A stretch of DNA of 64,000 nt, from the NCBI GenBank assembly GCA_049521795.1, contig JBEKOM010000002.1, positions 192,001 to 256,000 of the forward strand, read 5' to 3'. Shown piece by piece: positions 57,846 through 64,000 of the stretch. Below the pieces are notes generated by a model, which saw nothing but the letters and a program-made list of their open reading frames with translations, searched no databases and was not told where the DNA came from. The position numbers and the translations under genes were made by a program. The DNA comes from Candidatus Bathyarchaeia archaeon (GTDB lineage: Archaea > Thermoproteota > Bathyarchaeia > Bathyarchaeales > Bathycorpusculaceae). Each line of letters opens with the position of its first letter. Within the stretch, counting starts at the first letter, position 1.

Positions 57846-59609
57846 TCAAGTTTCGGTTATCTTCTTGAGTTGATTGCGGTACATCTCCAGTATTTCCGCG
57901 GATGTCGTTGCGTCTTCTGGCGCTTTGTCAACCCTATAGTTCCCTGTAAACCTTGGAAAACGAATTGCAAGCCCACTGCCCTCGCGCACAGAATCCATGG
58001 CGCATGTGTGAATTGGGCTGAGCGTGATCTCTGCGCCCAAGACTTCGATCACGACAACAGGTTCAAACCACACGTCCGCTTTAAGCAGCGAATCAACCCT
58101 AGGATGCCTGTGTTGAATAACATGTTTCTGCAACATGCTTGGAAGCTTCGCTAAATCTTGGTCTGTGAAGCCTGTGCCACACTTTGTGACGGTCTCAAAT
58201 GTGTCATCTTCAGCATTGTATGCTGCCAGAAGGAGAGCGCCGTACTTTCCAGCCCTCTTTCCCCTTCCGTGAAAAGCTCCAACGACAACCAAGTCTACGG
58301 TGTCGTGCATCTCGCTCTTGTAGTCGCGCTTGTACTTTATCCACAGCCAGCCTCTAGCTCCTGCTTGGTACACGGAATCCTTGGCGATTGACTTGCACAC
58401 TAAGCCCTCGCAACCGTTCTGAATAGCTTCTAAAAAGAACTTTTCAAGGTCAGCCGCATTATCGGTTATCGTGCGGTCGGCGAGCTTCACACGGTCGCTT
58501 TCTCTTATGGTTTTTTCGAGAATCTTCCTCCTTAAAGGATACGGTTCTAGAGTCAAGTCTTTTCCATCAACATAAAGTGCCTCAAACATGAAGAGCGAAA
58601 CAGGATAGTCCTCAATGGCCTTGTCAATGCCGTACTTGCGTCTGCGATGCATAAGCTCCTGGAACGGCCTTAACTCACCAGTGTCAGGGTCCACCGCAAC
58701 GCATTCACACTCAAGAATGGCCTCCTTCGCCTTAACATTCTGCTTAAACAGCTTAACAGCATCTGGATACTGACTTGAAATGTTCTCCAGACGACGAGAA
58801 AAAAGAGTTAAATCGTCCCCACGTTTATGAGCCTGGAGGCGCTCACCGTCATACTTGTACTCGGCTGCGCATTTTCCTCCGAGTTTCTCAAGGATCTCCT
58901 CAGGAGACGAAAGCCGCTCAGCCAGCATCGGCCTAATAGGCTCGCCGATCGAAACTTGAAAACTCTTGATGCCTTCAAGACCCTTTTCAACAAGTGTCTT
59001 GGCCACTCTTCCAAGGTCAGAACAGATGTTATAAGCACGTTCAACGTGTTCTCGGGCTTCCTTGCCACCGCCGTAGGCTATGGCCAGAGCATCGAGAACC
59101 GTCATGTCTGCTATTCCTAGGCGAAGGTTCCCAGTCACGGTCCTTAAGATGTACTTCGCTTCACTGGGGGACGCCGCAGCTAATAAGCCAGCTAAGAGCG
59201 CCATCTTCGTGTCAACGGCACCCGTTCCGGATGATTTAGCCATTTTGTCAAGCGTCTCATAGACTTTTTCAACCGTCAATGCTTGCTGAGAAAAGGTCAC
59301 TTGCTTCTTGGTGGCTATGAACTTTCGACCTGTTTCACCGACGTCTCCACTCTTCTTAATGTCCTCTTCGATCTGGCTTTCCCTGCTCCCGGTAGTTCTC
59401 GCCAAGGCCTTCACTGCGAGCTTTTCAGCCACTCCGATCTCTATTCCCACAAAATCAGGGTATATCCTGCCCTGAGTAAGGTATGCAACTTTGTCTATGA
59501 CTTCTCTCGGAGTGACTTTGAAAAGGTCAACAAGCAGATCTGTCATCTCTAACCGTTTCGTCGTCCCCTCAATCCGTTCATAAGCCTCAGCAATCATGCT
59601 GTACTTCAA
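57846..59609 (-). CDS. lig: ATP-dependent DNA ligase
   Basis: EYKYDGER, EGLVCK, YQAGARGWLWIKYK, CGTGFTD, AIRFPRF. Confidence 0.97.
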   Translation of the reverse strand: MKYSMIAEAYERIEGTTKRLEMTDLLVDLFKVTPREVIDKVAYLTQGRIYPDFVGIEIGVAEKLAVKALARTTGSRESQIEEDIKKSGDVGETGRKFIATKKQVTFSQQALTVEKVYETLDKMAKSSGTGAVDTKMALLAGLLAAASPSEAKYILRTVTGNLRLGIADMTVLDALAIAYGGGKEAREHVERAYNICSDLGRVAKTLVEKGLEGIKSFQVSIGEPIRPMLAERLSSPEEILEKLGGKCAAEYKYDGERLQAHKRGDDLTLFSRRLENISSQYPDAVKLFKQNVKAKEAILECECVAVDPDTGELRPFQELMHRRRKYGIDKAIEDYPVSLFMFEALYVDGKDLTLEPYPLRRKILEKTIRESDRVKLADRTITDNAADLEKFFLEAIQNGCEGLVCKSIAKDSVYQAGARGWLWIKYKRDYKSEMHDTVDLVVVGAFHGRGKRAGKYGALLLAAYNAEDDTFETVTKCGTGFTDQDLAKLPSMLQKHVIQHRHPRVDSLLKADVWFEPVVVIEVLGAEITLSPIHTCAMDSVREGSGLAIRFPRFTGNYRVDKAPEDATTSAEILEMYRNQLKKITET

Positions 59610-59722
59610 TCGTGAAGCCCCACGTTAAGGTGCAGTTGGGAAGATATTAAGACTCACGCAAAGAGTTTTGGCAGACACACAGCTTGTTTGACTGTGAACT
59701 TGCAGTTTCAAGTCTCTTTCCT

Positions 59723-60244
59723 TTAGAAGGTTTCGTGGTGAACGACGTGGTCCATGGGCTTCTTGCTTCTGGGCGAAGCGGACTCGGCGGCATAACCAAC
59801 GGGGACTATAGCAACGGGTCTTATTCCTTGCGGAACGTTCAGTATCTGTCTTACGTCTTGCTCCTTGAACGCACCGATCCAGCATGTGCCTAGACCGAGA
59901 GAGTAGGCGGCCAAGTGAATGTTCTGGATGGCCGCAGCCGTGTCTTGTATGCAGTACAGCGATTTTCCCCGATCACCGTAGCGTCGCGAAGAAAGATTCT
60001 CGTTTGCACACACAACGATCACGACGTCGGCTTCCTCGATGAAAGACTGTTCCCAAGCTACCTCAACAAGTCTTCTTTTGACGTCTGGCTTTCTTATGAT
60101 CACGAATTCCCACGGTTGAATGTTTCCAGCAGAGGGGGCCCAAATTGCCGCGTCAATGAGCTTCGCAACGTCTTCATCTGAAACGTCGCGTCTCTTGAAG
60201 GCCCTTATGCTTCTCCTTCCTTTTATTGCTTCAATTAGGTCCAT
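59723..60244 (-). CDS. Nitroreductase family protein
   Basis: RRSIRAF, APSAGNIQPWEF, QNIHLAAYSLGLGTCWIG; ATG 60244. Confidence 0.93.
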   Translation of the reverse strand: MDLIEAIKGRRSIRAFKRRDVSDEDVAKLIDAAIWAPSAGNIQPWEFVIIRKPDVKRRLVEVAWEQSFIEEADVVIVVCANENLSSRRYGDRGKSLYCIQDTAAAIQNIHLAAYSLGLGTCWIGAFKEQDVRQILNVPQGIRPVAIVPVGYAAESASPRSKKPMDHVVHHETF

Positions 60245-60482
60245 GATTTCAACCCGCCTTTCAGCACATGCAAACGTTCTCACAGCACAAAAGCCTTAAG
60301 CTTTTTCACACCTCACTTGTTCGTGGATGATGAGTCTGAGAGTCAATAGAGCGTATGCTGTGATGTGACTCGACGGGCGAACTGACACTTTCTTATAGGG
60401 AAAACTTATCAACGAAAATCACTGTTGAAAAAAGAGAAATTACGATGCATCAATTTGAGTAGCAGCAGGGAAAAGGGAAAAC

Positions 60483-62156
60483 TTGTCGACAAAGAGAATC
60501 ATCGAAGTTCTAGACGCCGCATCATCGAGAAGAACGGTAAAATACGCAGTGTACTTGATTGCGATTATCCTCTTTCTTGCTTTGATTCTGCTTCCTCCCA
60601 TACTTGGAATAGCCCTCAAGTGGGGCGCGATCGGTGGAGTTCTTAACGATGCGCCGCTCATGAATCGTGCTTTGAACGCTATAGCGAACAGCTTCACGAT
60701 AGCCTTGTTCGTTGCGTCAATCGACCTCGTAGTGGGAATTCCTATGGCATGGCTCATAGCTCGGAAAAGGACAAGAGCGTCAAACGTTCTTGATACGCTG
60801 TCGGACATACCGTTTATTGTTCCAACCGCGGTGCTTGGTTATTCACTTCTGCTTTTCTGGAACGGCCCCACTGGAATATCGGCTCTCTTCACTGGACCGC
60901 TTGTTTCAGAGGGGTGGCTTCTCATAATACTCCTTCACTTCGCTTTTTCGTTTCCTGTCGTTGTCAGAGTTGTGGTCGGAGCATTGCTCGACTACAAGCG
61001 AGAGTTCGAGAATGCATCCAGAACGCTTGGTGCCCCACCGTTTACTGCCGCAAGAACCGTTACGTTGCCAATAATAAAGCCATCATTAATAGCCGCCTTC
61101 ATACTTGCCTTTTCAAGGTCAGTCTCAGAGACAGGCGCAACTTTTGTCGTTGCAGGAGCTTTCGAGAACGGTTCAATCTTCCTGCAGAACGTAAAAAACA
61201 CGTTCGGACCCACGGATCCGACGTATTACGGGGCCACTGTTTTTGCGAGTTTCATTCTCATTGCAGTCTCGGTAGCAATCTTCATAACAATTCGTGCGGT
61301 GGGTCCGAGGTTGAAGCTGCCTGTTAGACGAATTTGGCCGTCTTTTGAAAGAAAACTCAGCTATTCGAAAGCAGAATCTTCGAGGAACGCTGTTACACTC
61401 GCCATCTTTCTAGTCATCGTCCTAATACCATCTCTTTTCGTCGCCCTTCCAGCGTTCCAAGCAATGTTCACTAACACGGTGAGTGAGTCCCTTCGAGGTT
61501 CTGGCATCTGGGGAGACTATTGGCAAGGCCTACTTCTTTCATATGGCCTCGCCGCAACAGTCACCTTGCTTAACATAGTCATAGGATTACCCATGGCTAT
61601 TGCAATCGCAAGGAGAAAATTCGGTAGGTTCCAATCAGCAGTTCTGGATATTCTCGTCAACATCCCCCTCGTTGTGCCCTCAATCGCACTAGGCTTCTCA
61701 TTGGGAATTTTTTGGACACGGATCTTCACTTCCATACCGGAGCTTCTTCTGCTGATCTTTGCTCATCTTGCAATCACGTATCCGTACTTCGTGAGATCAA
61801 TGTCTGCCGCCGTTGAAAGGATCAGCATGGAGATGGAAGAGGCTTCAAGAACTCTGGGAGCTAAACCATTAGGAGTCTTCAGGACCATCGTTCTGCCGCT
61901 GACTAAGTACTCTATACTTTCAGGGGCGATACTTGTCTTCACACGAAGCGTAAGCGAAACTGGCGCGACTCTGGCAGTGTCGAAGACCCTCAGAACTGTG
62001 CCGGTGGTGCTCGTGAACTGGATAAAACCCTCAAACCCTCTGGCACCGCACCCTACTACGTTACAGATAGGGTTAGGAAGCGGTTTCCTGATACTGTTCT
62101 CGTTCATCATTCTCCTAGCACTGAGACTGACTGTGAAAGAGAAAGGAAGATACTAA
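60483..62156 (+). CDS. ABC permease with duplicated domains (FbpB/ThiP-like)
   Basis: Two EAA-like loops (ENASRTLGA, EEASRTLGA) and two SVSETGAT motifs. Confidence 0.9.
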   Translation: MSTKRIIEVLDAASSRRTVKYAVYLIAIILFLALILLPPILGIALKWGAIGGVLNDAPLMNRALNAIANSFTIALFVASIDLVVGIPMAWLIARKRTRASNVLDTLSDIPFIVPTAVLGYSLLLFWNGPTGISALFTGPLVSEGWLLIILLHFAFSFPVVVRVVVGALLDYKREFENASRTLGAPPFTAARTVTLPIIKPSLIAAFILAFSRSVSETGATFVVAGAFENGSIFLQNVKNTFGPTDPTYYGATVFASFILIAVSVAIFITIRAVGPRLKLPVRRIWPSFERKLSYSKAESSRNAVTLAIFLVIVLIPSLFVALPAFQAMFTNTVSESLRGSGIWGDYWQGLLLSYGLAATVTLLNIVIGLPMAIAIARRKFGRFQSAVLDILVNIPLVVPSIALGFSLGIFWTRIFTSIPELLLLIFAHLAITYPYFVRSMSAAVERISMEMEEASRTLGAKPLGVFRTIVLPLTKYSILSGAILVFTRSVSETGATLAVSKTLRTVPVVLVNWIKPSNPLAPHPTTLQIGLGSGFLILFSFIILLALRLTVKEKGRY

Positions 62157-62232
62157 AATGCTTAATAAACAACTCTCAGCCTATCACGTTCAATCAACCT
62201 TTCGAACGTCCGAAGGGGAGGTTACCTGACGG

Positions 62233-63336
62233 ATGCCGGATGTCCGCATAGAAAACGTTACTAAGAAATTTGGGAAACTCGTCGCAGTGGACGATGTGAG
62301 CCTTCACGTCCATGAAAAAGAATACTTCGCTCTGCTAGGACCGAGCGGATGCGGAAAAACAACGCTTCTAAGGCTTATTGCAGGATTGATTAAGCCTGAC
62401 AGAGGAGAAATATTCATCGGGGACAGACTCGTCAACGATGTCCCGCCGGAAGACCGAGACATAGGTTTCGTCTTTCAAACGTTCGCTCTGTTTCCCCACA
62501 TGGACGCTTGGAACAACGTCACCTATGGGCCAAGAGTGAAGGGCTTTGACATGAAGAAAGCAGACACGATTGGACATGAGGTGCTTGAAATGGTCAGACT
62601 GCATGAAAGGTTGAACGCTTTTCCAAGCGAGCTCAGCGGGGGAATGATGCAGAGAGTAGCGGTTGCGAGGGCGCTGGCAGCTGGCGCTAAGCTGCTGCTT
62701 CTAGATGAGCCGCTCGGGCAGTTGGACGCAAAGGTGAGGAACGACCTCAGGTATGAAATCAGAAAAATGACGAAGGACCTTGGTTTGACGGCTATACACG
62801 TCACGCATGACCAGTCTGAGGCCATGGCGATCTCCGACAGAATTGCAGTCATGAAGAAGGGAAACATCAAACAGGTGGGAACTCCAAGCGAGCTCTACAT
62901 GTCACCGAAAAACCTTTTCGTGGCCAACTTCATAGGAGAATCAAACTTCCTGGAAGGGTACGCTGCAGAGTCTGAGAACAAAGAAACGTTAATAGAGCTT
63001 CGTGGCGGTATAAGGGTTCAAGCCGTTAGAAACGAAGTGAAAAAGGGTGAAAGAGTGGTTTTGGCCGTGAGACCTGAGACCTTAAGCGTTGAAGATGGAA
63101 GAAGAGAAGGCACAAACTCGATAAGTGGCACGGTTGAGAGAGTGACTTTTGAGGGAACAAACATACGGTACGACGTAATGCTTGAGAACGAGGACCACAT
63201 CGTCATAGTCAAGCCTTCAATGATCGGGGAGTGGTTCAGGGTCGATGAACATGTGACTGTCAGCTTCTCTCCGGACAAGGCTCACGTGTTCAGGTATCCA
63301 GAAACGGGACTCAAGGAGGAATTGGCTGTTGAGTGA
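62233..63336 (+). CDS. ABC ATPase with TOBE domain (FbpC/PotA-like)
   Basis: GPSGCGKT, LSGGMMQR, LLDEP, FVANFIGE. Confidence 0.93.
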   Translation: MPDVRIENVTKKFGKLVAVDDVSLHVHEKEYFALLGPSGCGKTTLLRLIAGLIKPDRGEIFIGDRLVNDVPPEDRDIGFVFQTFALFPHMDAWNNVTYGPRVKGFDMKKADTIGHEVLEMVRLHERLNAFPSELSGGMMQRVAVARALAAGAKLLLLDEPLGQLDAKVRNDLRYEIRKMTKDLGLTAIHVTHDQSEAMAISDRIAVMKKGNIKQVGTPSELYMSPKNLFVANFIGESNFLEGYAAESENKETLIELRGGIRVQAVRNEVKKGERVVLAVRPETLSVEDGRREGTNSISGTVERVTFEGTNIRYDVMLENEDHIVIVKPSMIGEWFRVDEHVTVSFSPDKAHVFRYPETGLKEELAVE

Positions 63337-63988
63337 ACTGATAAAGTGGTTCGCGAAGCGACAGGAAACAAAGGCACTGTCCTCAGTTCAACGCCATCTA
63401 GCCTTGACAACCGGCATAGTTGAAGACTTGGAGAAGGCGATAAGAGCAGCAATCGAATGCGACTTGAAAGAGATGAAAAGGTGCATCGACAGAGTTGCCA
63501 GCAGCGAAAAGGAGGCAGATTCGCTTCGCAGAAAGGTCATGTCCGAGATATCAACCGGGGAGCTCTCGCCCACAGACAGGGAGGACCTGATGGACCTCGT
63601 GAAGAGGGTGGACATGGTCGCCGACTGGAGCAGAGAATCCACACGGATCCTCGGTGCGATACCGATGGAGCACGTTCCACCTTCGATCAAGAATGCGTTG
63701 ATAGAGATGGTGCTCAGCGTGAAACAGTGCGCTGTTTCTCTACAGACATGCGTGAACAGAATGATGAAGAAAACAGAGGAGGCTCTTCAAGCCGCGGACG
63801 CGGTGGAACGGGAAGAGGAAAAAGTCGACGATATACACGAGAAGGCCCGAATCCTCCTCGGGAAAGAAGACTTGCCTAGGGCCGGCGTGGCCATACTGGT
63901 AAGCGAGCTTTTCGAGTCAATGGAAATGATCGCTGACTCATGTGAGGACGCTTGCGACCAGGTCAGAGTGATAATCGTTAGAAAATGA
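63329..63988 (+). CDS. DUF47 / PhoU-like phosphate transport regulator
   Basis: EKEADSLRR, DMVAD, EEKVDD, EMIADSCEDACD. Confidence 0.88.
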   Translation: MSELIKWFAKRQETKALSSVQRHLALTTGIVEDLEKAIRAAIECDLKEMKRCIDRVASSEKEADSLRRKVMSEISTGELSPTDREDLMDLVKRVDMVADWSRESTRILGAIPMEHVPPSIKNALIEMVLSVKQCAVSLQTCVNRMMKKTEEALQAADAVEREEEKVDDIHEKARILLGKEDLPRAGVAILVSELFESMEMIADSCEDACDQVRVIIVRK

Positions 63989-64000
63989 GGTGAAAACATA

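Noticed and set aside
57846-59609. DNA ligase as the dedicated enzyme for the (GC)n junctions
   Set aside because: It is an ordinary replicative archaeal ligase with no polymerase or nuclease fusion; adjacency alone is not evidence

Overview
Archaeal chromosome segment, most likely Bathyarchaeia or a related TACK lineage (inferred from unsplit RpoB, fused RpoA'/A'', archaeal L30e/NusA and a cohesin/dockerin expansion). The left arm (1-14 kb) is housekeeping: the RNA polymerase operon without an adjacent rpoH, a tRNA-Leu(CAA) with a non-canonical D-arm intron, nadA, FmdE-like, DUF1893, thioredoxin, DUF2148 and Lrp genes. The centre (14-57.8 kb) is a cell-surface island of about 20 secreted proteins built from cohesin-like, dockerin, CARDB/PKD/Ig, PQQ-propeller and beta-helix modules. 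It also holds an Opp/Dpp peptide ABC transporter whose binding protein ends in a dockerin, and several (pseudo)peptidases. The right arm holds DNA ligase, a nitroreductase, an ABC permease/ATPase and a DUF47 protein. Three signals stand out: (1) short (GC)n tracts strongly enriched in the island's non-coding DNA, several exactly at the breakpoints of truncated or chimeric gene fragments; (2) a cellulosome-like cohesin-dockerin toolkit that appears aimed at peptides rather than glycans; (3) a shared TAGAR-N5-YTCCR operator upstream of ten surface-protein genes. All domain calls come from motifs recognised by eye; no searches were run.
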